Assembly (NCBI GenBank): GCA_017860005.1
Contig: JAFNAE010000003.1
Coordinates: 1 to 50,916 of the forward strand
Reading direction: 5' to 3'
Source of the DNA: Acidobacteriota bacterium
Lineage (GTDB): Bacteria; Acidobacteriota; Thermoanaerobaculia; Multivoradales; JAGPDF01
DNA length: 50,916 nt
Shown here one piece after another: positions 1 to 12,222 of this stretch (the first letter of the stretch is position 1; each line of letters opens with the position of its first letter). A model generated the notes under the pieces. That model did not search any database, had not been told where the DNA came from, and saw only the letters and a program-made list of their open reading frames with translations. Position numbers and translations under genes: made by a program.

Positions 1-10
1 ACGAGACCCC

Positions 11-2722
<2,712 letters not shown>

Positions 2723-2738
2723 AATCCGCAGAGGTCTC

Positions 2739-3374
2739 ATGTCACGGCTCGTGCTGGCCCTCGCCGCCGTCGCGTTCGCCGCCGCTCCCGTGTTCGCGGG
2801 GAAGGTCGAGATCTCGGTGCGCGAGGACGGGGTGCGGGTGATGAAGAACGAGCCCGCCGAGGCGCGTGCGCGCCGCCTCGCGCATCGCTTCGTGGCCATT
2901 CCCGACGACCGCGTGGCCGGCCTCATCGAGCACTGGGCGTTCGAGCGCGAGCTCGATCCCCGGGTGGTGCGCGCGGTGGTCCAGGTCGAGTCCGGGTACA
3001 ACGTTCGCGCGCTCTCGAACAAGGGCGCGATGGGGCTGATGCAGCTCATGCCCGACACCGCGCGCGAGCTCAAGGTGACCGACCCCTGGAGCCCCGAGCA
3101 GAACGTGCGCGGCGGCACCGCGTATCTGAAGCGGCTGCTCGACCGGTTCGGCGACCTCGAGCTCGCGCTCGCCGCCTACAACGCCGGTCCCGAGGCGGTG
3201 CTCCAGCACTCCGGCGTGCCGCCCTACGCCGAGACCCGTGAGTACGTGCGCAAGATCCGCTGCCTGCTCGACGGCGGCTGCGAGGAGACCGACGAGCTCG
3301 ACGGTCGGCCGGTCAGGATCGAGCGCGGCCCGGACAACCGGATCCGAATCACGACCTCCGGCGCGGGCGGGTGA
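2739..3374 (+). CDS. Secreted lytic transglycosylase (SLT domain)
   Basis: Signal peptide MSRLVLALAAVAFAAAPVFA; motifs VQVES (catalytic Glu), GAMGLMQLMP, ALAAYNAG, ETREYV; GAGG before ATG 2739. Confidence 0.92.
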   Translation: MSRLVLALAAVAFAAAPVFAGKVEISVREDGVRVMKNEPAEARARRLAHRFVAIPDDRVAGLIEHWAFERELDPRVVRAVVQVESGYNVRALSNKGAMGLMQLMPDTARELKVTDPWSPEQNVRGGTAYLKRLLDRFGDLELALAAYNAGPEAVLQHSGVPPYAETREYVRKIRCLLDGGCEETDELDGRPVRIERGPDNRIRITTSGAGG

Positions 3375-3937
3375 AGAACCTCCCGAACATCCTCACCGTG
3401 ACCAGGATTCTCCTGGTCCCCATTCTCGTGACCGTGCTGTTCACCAAGGTAGCGGGAAAGGAGTGGTACGGGCTGGCGCTCTTCCTCGCCGCCGCGCTGA
3501 CCGATTTCCTCGACGGCTACCTCGCTCGGCGGTTCCGGCTGGTCACCAAGCTCGGCCAGCTCCTCGACCCGGCGGCCGACAAGATCCTCGTCGCCTCGGC
3601 GTTCATCTCGCTGGTCGAGCTCGACCCGAAGGTCACTCCGGCCTGGATGGTGGCGGTCATCCTGGCGCGCGAGTTCGCGGTCGGTGCGCTCCGCAACGTG
3701 GCCGCCAGCGAAGGCCAGGTCATCGCGGCGGGCTGGAGCGGCAAGACCAAGACCACGGTCCAGATCGTCGCCATCTCGCTGCTCATCATCTACAACCAGC
3801 TCGGTGAGTTCCGGCACCTCGCCCCGATCTCGCTCTGGGTGGCGATGGTGGTGACCGCGCTGTCGGGCTTCGACTACTTCCTCCGCTACCGCCGGGTCCT
3901 CGCCGGCCAGGCCGCGCCGCGAACCGCCGGGCCGTGA
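3371..3937 (+). CDS. pgsA: CDP-diacylglycerol--glycerol-3-phosphate 3-phosphatidyltransferase
   Basis: NLPNILTVTR start; CDP-alcohol phosphotransferase motif DFLDGYLAR...GQLLDPAADK; GTGA overlap with upstream gene. Confidence 0.92.
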   Translation: MKNLPNILTVTRILLVPILVTVLFTKVAGKEWYGLALFLAAALTDFLDGYLARRFRLVTKLGQLLDPAADKILVASAFISLVELDPKVTPAWMVAVILAREFAVGALRNVAASEGQVIAAGWSGKTKTTVQIVAISLLIIYNQLGEFRHLAPISLWVAMVVTALSGFDYFLRYRRVLAGQAAPRTAGP

Positions 3938-6489
3938 TCCGCCGCCACTTCCTCGAGCGCCTCCTGGTGGGCGCCGGACGGAGACCGCGTGTCGTGTTCG
4001 CGGCCACCCTGGTCGTGATGGCGGTGGCGCTCGCTCTCGCGACCCGGCTCCGCTTCGACCCGGACGTGCTCAAGCTGCTGCCCGAGCGCGACGAAGCCGT
4101 CAACACCTACCGCGAGACGCTAGAGCTGTTCGGCACCGCGGACTACCTCGTCGCAGCGGTGAAGATCCCGGAGGGCGTGCCCCTCGACCCCTACGCCGAG
4201 TTCGCAGACGCGCTCGCCGAGAGGATGCAGGCGAGCGGGCTGTTCACGTCGGTCGAGCACCGGTTGGGCGAGCCCGAGGACCTCCTGCGCGAGTTCCTGC
4301 CCAGGGCGCTGCTCTTCCTCGACGTGGTCGAGCGCGAGCGCGTGTCCGCGAAGCTCACCGACGAGGCGATCGCCCGGCGTGTCGAGGAGCTCCGGCGGAC
4401 CCTCGGCACGCCGCAGTCGGTGGCGCTCAAGGACCTGCTCAAGCTCGATCCGCTCGGCCTCTCCGAGGTGTTCCTGGAGCGGCTCTCCTCCGGGCGCGGC
4501 CCGCTGGCGGTGGACTGGACCAGCGGCCGGTACCTGTCCCGCGACCACCGCATGGTGCTGGTCCTCGGCCGGCCCTCGCGCTCGCCCCAGGATCTCGCCT
4601 TCAATCACCGCCTGTTGGAGACGATGACCGCCGAGGCCGGGGCGCTCGCCGCGCGCTGGGGCGAGTTCGCACAGGGAGCCGAGCTGGCGGCGCCGGAGAC
4701 GATCTGGGCCGGGCGGTACGTGATCACGCTCCACGACGAGTCGCTGATCTGGCGCGACGTGGCCACGAACGCCCTGACCTCGATCCTGGGCGTGCTCGTG
4801 CTGTTCTGGCTCGCCTACCGGCGCGCGAGCCTCCTGGCGCTCGTCTTCTCCCCGCTCTTCTTCGGTCTGGCGATCACCTTCGGCTTCGCCTCGCTGGCAG
4901 TGGGAGTGCTCGCCTCGACCACGGCCGGCGTCGCGGCGCTGCTGGTCGGGCTCGGCGACGACTTCGTGATCGTGCTCTACGGCCGCTACGTCGCCGAGCG
5001 CCGGCGCGGCGCGTCGGTGGAAGACTCCATGCGCGCCATGGGGGGAGCCACCGCGCGCGGCGTGATACTGGGCGCGGTGACCACGGCGGCGACCTTCTAT
5101 GCCTTCCTGACCACCGACTTCACCGGTCTCTACCAGATGGGCCTGATCGTGGGCACCGGCATCCTCTTCTGCCTGCTCGCCGTGCTCCTGCTCGTGCCCG
5201 CCATGATCGGCTGGAGCGAGGAGCATCATCGCAGGCGCGAGAGCGAGCCCAGGCTCCACATCTTCGCATTCGGCATCGAGCATGTGACCCGCCAGGCGAT
5301 GCGCTGGCCGCGCGTGACCCTGGCGGTGGCGGTGGCGGTGTCGCTGGCGGCCGTGGCGGCGGCGCCCGGCCTGCGTTTCGACGACAGCGTCGAGGCGCTC
5401 AGACCGCGGGGCAACCGCGGCATCCTGGCGCAGCAGACCATCAACGAGCACTTCGGCGCCGGCTTCGACCACATGTCGCTGGTGGTCGGAGCGGCGACGC
5501 TCGACGAGACGCTGGCGCTGGCCGAGCGCGCCGCAGAGGGCGCGCGGCGCCTGACCGCGGACGGCCGGCTGGGCGGTTTCGACGCCGTGAGCTCGGTGCT
5601 GCCGCCGCTGGCGCGCCAGCGCGCAGCGCTCGACTGGCTCGAGCGCGGACGAGCGAGCGGTGCGCTCTCGGCGGAGCGCGTGCGCGCGGCCTTCGGGCGC
5701 GCGGCAGCGGCGGAGGGCCTGCGCGTGGAGCCGTTCGAACCCGGTCTGGACCTGGTGGCGCGCGCGCTCGCGCCGGCCGGACCGGTGACGATGGAGGCCG
5801 TGCTCGCCCTGCCGCAGGGCCGGCCCCTCCTGGACCGGTATCTGCGCGAGGTGCCAGGTGGCTGGAAGAGCGTAGTCAAGCTCTACAACCTGCCCGGACG
5901 GCCGAAGCGCGAGGTGCCGCAGCCGGCGGTCGACCTCGCCGACTCGCTCGGCGAGGGCGCGCGCCTGACCGGCATGAACACGCTGTCGCGCAGCCTGCGC
6001 GGCGAGATCCGCCACGACGCTTTCGTATCCGGGCTGATCGGGCTGGTGGCGGTTGCCCTGCTGCTGTGGATCGACTTCCGCTCGATCCGCGCCGCTTTCC
6101 TCGCGCTCGTGCCGCTCGGCATCGGCATTCTGTGGATGATCGGGGCGATGGTGCTCCTCGGCCTCCACCTCAACTTCATGAACATCTTCGTGATCACGAT
6201 GATCCTCGGCATCGGCGTCGACTACGGCATCCACATCATCCACCGCTTCCGCGAGGAGCGCGACCGGCCGGGAGGCAACGCCGTGCACGCGGTGGAGGAG
6301 ACCGCGCGCGGCGTGCTGCTCGCCGCGCTTACCACCGTGGTCGGCTTCGGATCGCTCGCCACCTCGCACTACCCGGGCCTGGTCTCGATGGGCCTGGTCT
6401 CGATGCTCGGCACCCTCGCCACCGCGCTGGTGGCGGTCGCCGTGGTGCCGGCCTGGCTCGCCTGGCGCCACGACCTCAGAGTCCGCTAG
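3934..6489 (+). CDS. MMPL/RND-family lipid exporter
   Basis: Two repeats of TM + periplasmic loop + multiple TMs; TM motifs GLGDDFVIVL and GIGVDYGIHI; LTTVVGFGSL. Confidence 0.88.
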   Translation: MIRRHFLERLLVGAGRRPRVVFAATLVVMAVALALATRLRFDPDVLKLLPERDEAVNTYRETLELFGTADYLVAAVKIPEGVPLDPYAEFADALAERMQASGLFTSVEHRLGEPEDLLREFLPRALLFLDVVERERVSAKLTDEAIARRVEELRRTLGTPQSVALKDLLKLDPLGLSEVFLERLSSGRGPLAVDWTSGRYLSRDHRMVLVLGRPSRSPQDLAFNHRLLETMTAEAGALAARWGEFAQGAELAAPETIWAGRYVITLHDESLIWRDVATNALTSILGVLVLFWLAYRRASLLALVFSPLFFGLAITFGFASLAVGVLASTTAGVAALLVGLGDDFVIVLYGRYVAERRRGASVEDSMRAMGGATARGVILGAVTTAATFYAFLTTDFTGLYQMGLIVGTGILFCLLAVLLLVPAMIGWSEEHHRRRESEPRLHIFAFGIEHVTRQAMRWPRVTLAVAVAVSLAAVAAAPGLRFDDSVEALRPRGNRGILAQQTINEHFGAGFDHMSLVVGAATLDETLALAERAAEGARRLTADGRLGGFDAVSSVLPPLARQRAALDWLERGRASGALSAERVRAAFGRAAAAEGLRVEPFEPGLDLVARALAPAGPVTMEAVLALPQGRPLLDRYLREVPGGWKSVVKLYNLPGRPKREVPQPAVDLADSLGEGARLTGMNTLSRSLRGEIRHDAFVSGLIGLVAVALLLWIDFRSIRAAFLALVPLGIGILWMIGAMVLLGLHLNFMNIFVITMILGIGVDYGIHIIHRFREERDRPGGNAVHAVEETARGVLLAALTTVVGFGSLATSHYPGLVSMGLVSMLGTLATALVAVAVVPAWLAWRHDLRVR

Positions 6490-6534
6490 CGAAGAAGAGA
6501 CCGCGCCTCGCCGTCGCGCGCGGATGCTCGATCC

Positions 6535-8994
6535 GTGAGACGAACCGCCACCACCGAATGCCGTCGACGACGCTGGCGAGAGGCGGCTCGCATCGCGGCC
6601 GTCGGGGCTGTGGCCTGCGCTCCGATTCTCCTCGCGCTGCGCGACCTCCTGCCCGATCTCGCCGCCCGCGTCGCGCCCCGCAACGCCGATGTCCGCCTCG
6701 TCGTCTTCCTCCTCGACTGGGGCGCCGAGCGGTGGTCGGCGGGGCTCGGGGGCTTCTGGGACGCGCCCTTCTTCTTCCCGACGCCCTCCACGATGACGCT
6801 GTCCGAGCACCTGCTGCTGCCCTCCGCGCTCGTGGCGCTGCTGCGCGCGGCGGGCTCCACCACCGTGGCCGGCTACAACCTGCTCCTCGTCGCGAGCTTC
6901 GCGCTCACCGCGGCGGCCGTCTACGCGCTGCTGCGCGGTGCCGTGCGCGCCCGACCGTGGTGGCTCGCGATCCTCGCCCTCGCGGTCGTGCATGCGCCCT
7001 GGCGCTGGGGCCAGCTGCCGCATCTCCAGATGCTGTGGGCGCCGGGACCGCCGCTCGCGATGCTCCTGTTCGACCGCCTTCTGCGGCGGCCGCGGCGCGG
7101 ACGGGCGTCGGCCTTCCTTCTCGCCTACGCGATCACCGTGCTCTCCGGCGGCTACCTGGCCTATTTCACGCACGCCGCACTCTTGACCACGGTCCTGCTG
7201 CGCTGCGCGCGCCGGGCCGATCGGCATCGATGGGCGGCGCGGTGGAAGCCGCTCGTCGCCACGCTCCTGCTCGGCGCCTCGCTCACCGTTTCGATCTACC
7301 AGCCGTACCTGGCGGCGAGTCGCCAGCTTCGCCTGAGCCGCAGGGCGACAGAGGTGGAAGCGCTCGGCGTACGGAGCGCGGATTGGCTCTCGCCGTCCAT
7401 TCTGAACCGGTACTCGGGGCCGGCCCTCCGATCCTGGTGGCGACCCGAGGGCGACCTCTTCCCGGGCTTCCTGCTCGGCTTCGGAACGGTCGTCGGGCTC
7501 GCCGGGCTCGCTCTCGGCCCGCGGCGGGGCCGCCGGTGCGCGCACCTGTCCGTGCTCGGACGGGCGCTCGTGGTCTCGGGCGCTGCGCTCGCCGTGCTCG
7601 AGAACGGACCGGTCTTCGCCGGTGTCGCGAAGGTCTTGCCGGGGCTCGCGGGCCTGCGCGCGCCGACGCGCCTCCACTTCTTCGTCCTGCTCGCGGCGGC
7701 GGTCCTCACCGGTCGCGCGCTGGCCACCGTGCGGCGGCGATCGGGCTCGCGTTGGGCACCGCGCATCACCGGGCTCGCCGCGCTCCTCCTGCTCGTGCCG
7801 GAGGTCTGGGTTCGGCCGCTGCCTCGCTCCGACGGGCTCGAGCCCGAGCGCGCCGGGCAGCTTCCGGCCCACGTGCGATGGCTGGGCTCTCATCCGGTTC
7901 GCGCCGTCGCGCACCTGCCGTTCGTGGACGCGCACGTCGAGGCGGCGAGGATGTGGAGGACGCGCTTTCACCGCCGACCGATCGCCAACGGGTACAGCGG
8001 CTATCTGGCGCGGTCCTTCCTCTACTTCCGCCACGAGTGCCGCGCGCCGCTGGGCGCGGTCTCGGCGCGCTGCCTGGACGCGCTCGAAGCGCTGGGCGTC
8101 TCGCACCTCGTGGTCGAAGACGCGTCGCGGGGGCTCGAACCGGGCGACCTCCGGGGGCGGCTGGCGGCGGCGCTGAGGAGGGACGCGAGGTCCCGCCTCA
8201 CCCTGGAGTTCGCCGACGACGAAGCCCTCGTCCTGGCGCTGCGGGCCAGCGACGCCCGCACGCTGCGCTCAACGACGCCGCAGCAGCAGGAGCAGGATCG
8301 GGCCGGCGACGAACCCGGCCAGGTGGGCGTACCAGGCGACGCCGCCCGCGGCCGAGCCCGGGGGCGCCAGGAGCGCACCGGTGAGCTGGAGCGCGAACCA
8401 GCCGGGGATGAAGAGGAAGGCGCGGCTGCGCAGGGGCAGGACGAGGCAGCCGACGGGGAGCACTCCGGTCAGGCGGGCGCGCGGGAAGAGCACCAGGAAG
8501 GCGCCGAGCACGCCGGCGATGGCGCCCGAGGCGCCGACCAGCGGCAGCGCCGAGCGCGGCGTGGCAGCGATCTGGGTCAGCGACGCGGCCAGCCCCGAGA
8601 GCAGGTAGAGAGCCAGGAAGCGCGCGCGCGGCAGCCGGCCCTCGACGTCGTCACCGAACACGAGCAAAAAGGCGAGATTGCCGAGCAGGTGGATCCAGCC
8701 CGCGTGCAGGAAGAGCGAGGCGAGGAGCCGGAACGGCAGCGCGAGCGGCTCGGAGAGCGCGACCACCTCGGCCGGCGAGATCGCCACGCGCGCGAGCGCG
8801 GCGCCGGCGCCGGGACCGAGCGAGAGCTCCCAGGCGAAGGCCGCGGCGTTGGCGGCGGCGAGCCCCCAGGTCGCCAGCGGCGCCCGCCGGCGCTTCTGCG
8901 CGTCGCGGATCGGGATCAAGCGCGCCGGCCGGAGCGCTCCGCGACGCGGTGGATGCGCAGCAGGTTGGTGAGCGGTCGGTCCTGGATCGGATAG
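6535..8994 (+). CDS. Polytopic membrane protein, probable GT-C (YfhO-like) glycosyltransferase; plausible part ends near 8280, remainder is antisense read-through
   Basis: Many TM segments; D..LVVFLLDW..FWDAPFFFP..TLSEH loop and C-terminal NGYSG motif; no in-frame stop until 8994. Confidence 0.6.
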   Translation: MRRTATTECRRRRWREAARIAAVGAVACAPILLALRDLLPDLAARVAPRNADVRLVVFLLDWGAERWSAGLGGFWDAPFFFPTPSTMTLSEHLLLPSALVALLRAAGSTTVAGYNLLLVASFALTAAAVYALLRGAVRARPWWLAILALAVVHAPWRWGQLPHLQMLWAPGPPLAMLLFDRLLRRPRRGRASAFLLAYAITVLSGGYLAYFTHAALLTTVLLRCARRADRHRWAARWKPLVATLLLGASLTVSIYQPYLAASRQLRLSRRATEVEALGVRSADWLSPSILNRYSGPALRSWWRPEGDLFPGFLLGFGTVVGLAGLALGPRRGRRCAHLSVLGRALVVSGAALAVLENGPVFAGVAKVLPGLAGLRAPTRLHFFVLLAAAVLTGRALATVRRRSGSRWAPRITGLAALLLLVPEVWVRPLPRSDGLEPERAGQLPAHVRWLGSHPVRAVAHLPFVDAHVEAARMWRTRFHRRPIANGYSGYLARSFLYFRHECRAPLGAVSARCLDALEALGVSHLVVEDASRGLEPGDLRGRLAAALRRDARSRLTLEFADDEALVLALRASDARTLRSTTPQQQEQDRAGDEPGQVGVPGDAARGRARGRQERTGELEREPAGDEEEGAAAQGQDEAADGEHSGQAGAREEHQEGAEHAGDGARGADQRQRRARRGSDLGQRRGQPREQVESQEARARQPALDVVTEHEQKGEIAEQVDPARVQEERGEEPERQRERLGERDHLGRRDRHARERGAGAGTERELPGEGRGVGGGEPPGRQRRPPALLRVADRDQARRPERSATRWMRSRLVSGRSWIG
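8269..8919 (-). CDS. Rhomboid-family intramembrane serine protease
   Basis: (M)IPIRD start (TTG, overlapping pyk stop as TTGA), FLHAGWIHLLGN, catalytic GASG and AHLAG. Confidence 0.9.
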   Translation of the reverse strand: MIPIRDAQKRRRAPLATWGLAAANAAAFAWELSLGPGAGAALARVAISPAEVVALSEPLALPFRLLASLFLHAGWIHLLGNLAFLLVFGDDVEGRLPRARFLALYLLSGLAASLTQIAATPRSALPLVGASGAIAGVLGAFLVLFPRARLTGVLPVGCLVLPLRSRAFLFIPGWFALQLTGALLAPPGSAAGGVAWYAHLAGFVAGPILLLLLRRR

Positions 8995-10409
8995 CCCATG
9001 AGCAGGATGATGCACTCGCCGGGCCGGATCAGCCGACGGATGAGCAGCTCGCGCTCGACCACCTCGATCAGGTCGTCGCGGTGCTGGACCTCGCGCTCGA
9101 GGCGGATCGGCCGCGTCCCCCAGAGCAGCTGGATGCGGCGCGCGACGCGCTCGTCGGTGGTGAAGACGAGGGTCGGCACCACCGGCCGGTAGCGCGCCAG
9201 CCGCCGCGCCGTGAAGCCGCCCTGCGAGAAGGCCACGATGAGGCTGCCGTCCAGCTTCGAGGCCGCGTGCACCGCGGCGTCGGCGACCACGTCCGCGATC
9301 TCGATCGCGCCGCCCGCCGCCAGGGCCTCGGGATCGCGTCGCGAGGATGCGGCGAGCTCGTCCGCGGCGGGCGCGGGCTCGGACGGCCGGGCGCCGTCGG
9401 CGAGCTGCTTGAGCCGGTACGATTCGGCCTCGACCACGATCCGGGCCATGGTGCGCACGGCTTCGACGGGGAATCGCCCGGCGGCGGTTTCGCCGGACAG
9501 CATGAGCGCGTCGGCGCCGTCGAAGACCGCGTTGGCGACGTCGGAGGTCTCGGCGCGCGTGGGCCGCGGCTGGGCGATCATCGACTCCAGCATCTGCGTG
9601 GCGACGATCACCGGCTTGCCCGCCCGGCGTCCGGCGGCGATGATGCGCTTCTGCAGCACCGGCACCTGGTGGAGCGGCACCTCGACGCCGAGGTCGCCGC
9701 GCGCCACCATCACCGCGTCCGCCGATGCCACGATCTCGTCGATGTGCTCGACCGCGACCGCCCGTTCGAGCTTGGCGACGAGCGGGATGTCGTCGCCCAG
9801 CGCGCGCACCGCCGCGCGCAGCGCCTCGACGTCGCGCGCGCGCCCGATGTAGCTGCCCGCCAGGTAGTCGGCGCGCTCGGCGACCGCGAAGGCGAGATCG
9901 GCGCGGTCCTTGGCGGAGATCGTGAACGGGATGCTCGAGTCGGGGAGGTTGATGCCCTTGCGCGTCGAGACCGAGCCGCCGTCGACCACGCGCGCGGTCA
10001 CCCGGCGCGCCGACTTGGCGAGCACCTGCAGGGCGACCAGCCCGTCCGCGATGAGCACCCGTTCGCCCTGCTGGAGATGGCGCAGGAACCCGGGGTCGTC
10101 GACCGGGAGATCGACCTCGCCGGGGTCCGCCCCCAGCGTGACGCGCTCGCCGCGGCGCAGGAGGCGGGGCTCCGCGAGCGCGCCCAGGCGGAAGCGCGGG
10201 CCCATGAGGTCGAGCAGCACGGGGACGTGCTTGCCGAGCTCGGCGGAGACGCGGCGGATGGTCTCGATCGTGCGCCGGTGCCCGGGGTGGTCGCCGTGCG
10301 ACATGTTGAGCCGGAGCACGTCGGCGCCGGCCCGCAGCAGGCGGGCCAGGACCACCTCGTCGGACGAGGCGGGGCCGACCGTCGCGACGATCTTCGCGCG
10401 TCTCTCCAT
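8916..10409 (-). CDS. pyk: Pyruvate kinase
   Basis: KIVATVGPAS, RLNMSHG, KGINLP, AKLE, VMVARGDLGVE, VATQMLESM..PRPTRAE.SDVANA. Confidence 0.97.
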   Translation of the reverse strand: MERRAKIVATVGPASSDEVVLARLLRAGADVLRLNMSHGDHPGHRRTIETIRRVSAELGKHVPVLLDLMGPRFRLGALAEPRLLRRGERVTLGADPGEVDLPVDDPGFLRHLQQGERVLIADGLVALQVLAKSARRVTARVVDGGSVSTRKGINLPDSSIPFTISAKDRADLAFAVAERADYLAGSYIGRARDVEALRAAVRALGDDIPLVAKLERAVAVEHIDEIVASADAVMVARGDLGVEVPLHQVPVLQKRIIAAGRRAGKPVIVATQMLESMIAQPRPTRAETSDVANAVFDGADALMLSGETAAGRFPVEAVRTMARIVVEAESYRLKQLADGARPSEPAPAADELAASSRRDPEALAAGGAIEIADVVADAAVHAASKLDGSLIVAFSQGGFTARRLARYRPVVPTLVFTTDERVARRIQLLWGTRPIRLEREVQHRDDLIEVVERELLIRRLIRPGECIILLMGYPIQDRPLTNLLRIHRVAERSGRRA

Positions 10410-10433
10410 GGGGCCCCTGACAATACGGGAAAT

Positions 10434-10514
10434 CCGGTGTCAGAGCACCGGTTTCCGCTTCGCTCGCCCGCGGGGAGACCGGTCGGCGTCGAGAAACCGG
10501 TGCTCTGACACCGG
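10434..10514. repeat. Perfect 22-bp inverted repeat, each arm itself palindromic (REP/REPIN-like or twin operator)
   Basis: CCGGTGTCAGAGCACCGGTTTC (10434-10455) and its exact reverse complement (10493-10514), 37-bp spacer; each arm contains CCGGTG-N6-CACCGG. Confidence 0.92.
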
Positions 10515-10538
10515 TTTTTCGGTAGGCTCGCGGGCCGG

Positions 10539-11861
10539 ATGTTCGAGGGGCTGAGCGAGAAGTTCCAGGAGGTCTTCCGCCGACTCCGCGGCGAGGGGCG
10601 GATCACGCCGGAAGACCTCTCCTCTGCGCTGAAGCAGATCCGCCTCGCGTTGCTCGAGGCGGACGTCCACTTCCGCGTGGTCAAGGAGCTGCTCGCGCGC
10701 GTCGAGGCGCGCGCGCTGGGCGAGAAGGTGCTGGAGAGCCTGTCGCCGGCCCAGCAGGTGATCGCGATCGTGCGCGACGAGATGGCGGCGACGCTGGGTG
10801 GGGAGGATGCCCGCGAGCTGCGGCTCGACGGCGCTCCGGCGGTGGTGCTGCTGTGCGGACTCCAGGGTTCGGGCAAGACCACCACGGCGGGCAAGCTCGG
10901 CCGGCGCCTGGCCGGTCGCGGCAGGTACCCCCTGCTGGTGGCGGCCGACCTCCAGCGCGCGGCCGCGGTCGAGCAGCTGGTCCAGGTCGGCCGTGCCGTC
11001 GAGCTGCCCGTCCTGGTGCCCGACGAGGGCGAGCCGGTGGTGGAGCTCGCCCGTCGCTCCCTGCGCGAGGCGCGCGAGCGGGGCCGCGACGTGGTCCTGA
11101 TCGACACCGCCGGACGCCTCCACGTCGACCAGGCGCTGATGGCCGAGATCCGGGCCGTGGCCGACGCCGTGACCCCGGACGAGATCCTCTACGTCGCCGA
11201 CGCGATGACCGGGCAGGACGCCGTGCGCAGCGCCCAGGAGTTCGCGCGCGTACTGCCCCTGACCGGGGTGCTGCTGACCAAGCTCGACGGCGACGCGCGC
11301 GGCGGCGCGGCGCTCTCGGTGCGCGAGGTCACGAAGGTCCCGATCCGCTTCGCCGGCGTGGGCGAGAAGCCGGAGGATCTCGAGCTCTTCTCGCCGGCGC
11401 GTATGGCCTCGCGCATCCTGGGCATGGGCGACGTGCTGGCCCTGATCGAGAAGGCCCAGCAGGCGGTCGACGCGCAGGAGGCGGAACGGCTGGCCGAGCG
11501 GCTGACCAAGAGCGAGTTCACGCTCGAGGACCTGCGCGACCAGCTCAAGGCGGTGCGCCGGATGGGACCCCTGCGCGGGGTGCTCGACGCGCTGCCCCGC
11601 GTCGGCCCGATGAAGGGCCTCGACAAGCTCGGCGACGTCGACGAGAAGCGGGTGGTGCGCACCGCCGCGATCATCGACTCGATGACCCCCCAGGAGCGGC
11701 GCGCGCCCGGGATCCTGAACGCCGGGCGCAAGCGTCGCATCGCGCGGGGCTCGGGCACCAGCGTGCAGGAGGTCAACCAGCTGCTCAAGCAGTACCTGCA
11801 GATGCGCAAGCTGATGAAGGGCTTGCGCGGCGGCTGGCTGCGCAAGGCCTTCGGCCGCTGA
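10539..11861 (+). CDS. ffh: Signal recognition particle protein
   Basis: ALLEADV, GLQGSGKTTT, DTAGR, DAMTGQDA, TKLDGDARGG, RILGMGD, M-domain RRIARGSG. Confidence 0.97.
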   Translation: MFEGLSEKFQEVFRRLRGEGRITPEDLSSALKQIRLALLEADVHFRVVKELLARVEARALGEKVLESLSPAQQVIAIVRDEMAATLGGEDARELRLDGAPAVVLLCGLQGSGKTTTAGKLGRRLAGRGRYPLLVAADLQRAAAVEQLVQVGRAVELPVLVPDEGEPVVELARRSLREARERGRDVVLIDTAGRLHVDQALMAEIRAVADAVTPDEILYVADAMTGQDAVRSAQEFARVLPLTGVLLTKLDGDARGGAALSVREVTKVPIRFAGVGEKPEDLELFSPARMASRILGMGDVLALIEKAQQAVDAQEAERLAERLTKSEFTLEDLRDQLKAVRRMGPLRGVLDALPRVGPMKGLDKLGDVDEKRVVRTAAIIDSMTPQERRAPGILNAGRKRRIARGSGTSVQEVNQLLKQYLQMRKLMKGLRGGWLRKAFGR

Positions 11862-11975
11862 GACTTGCGCCGGGGGACGGACCCCGGGCGCTGTGGTAGA
11901 GTGCCGCCCTCAGCGCCCGCCCCGGAAAGGCCGCGCCGGCGGGATCGAAACCGTAACCGAAAGGGAAGCGAAGCG

Positions 11976-12218
11976 ATGCTGAAGATTCGGCTCCGCCGGA
12001 TGGGGACCACCAACCGGCCGTTCTACCGCGTGGTCGTCTCCGACTCGCGCCGCGCGACGAGCGCCTCGGCGGTCGAGGAGATCGGCTTCTACGATCCCCG
12101 CCAGACGCCGCCCCGGGTCGAGATCGACCGCGCGCGGGTCGAGTACTGGGTGGGGAAGGGCGCCCAGCTCTCGGACACCGTGCGCCAGCTGGTCGGTCGC
12201 AAGGCGGCGGCGAACTGA
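11976..12218 (+). CDS. rpsP: 30S ribosomal protein S16
   Basis: MLKIRLRRMG..NRPFYRVVVSDSR, GAQLSDTV; canonical position after ffh. Confidence 0.97.
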   Translation: MLKIRLRRMGTTNRPFYRVVVSDSRRATSASAVEEIGFYDPRQTPPRVEIDRARVEYWVGKGAQLSDTVRQLVGRKAAAN

Positions 12219-12222
12219 CGCC

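Noticed and set aside
4120-8106. Very long antisense or alternate-frame ORFs (also 46718-50404, 14801-17326, 17940-20831, 43771-46647)
   Set aside because: Shadow ORFs caused by stop-codon scarcity in high-GC DNA; they lie opposite well-supported genes and have no motifs.
8269-8919. Rhombosortase for the FADGFE tail
   Set aside because: The tail lacks the TM helix and basic cluster of GlyGly-CTERM substrates; the rhomboid looks like the generic MIPIRD type.
10434-10514. CRISPR array or terminator interpretation of the inverted repeat
   Set aside because: Only two copies, inverted rather than direct; no cas genes; it lies between divergent starts rather than after stops.
11862-11975. Possible SRP RNA or structured leader between ffh and rpsP
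   Set aside because: Only short GC hairpins and a TGG-TAGAGT extended -10; the SRP helix 8 consensus is not present.
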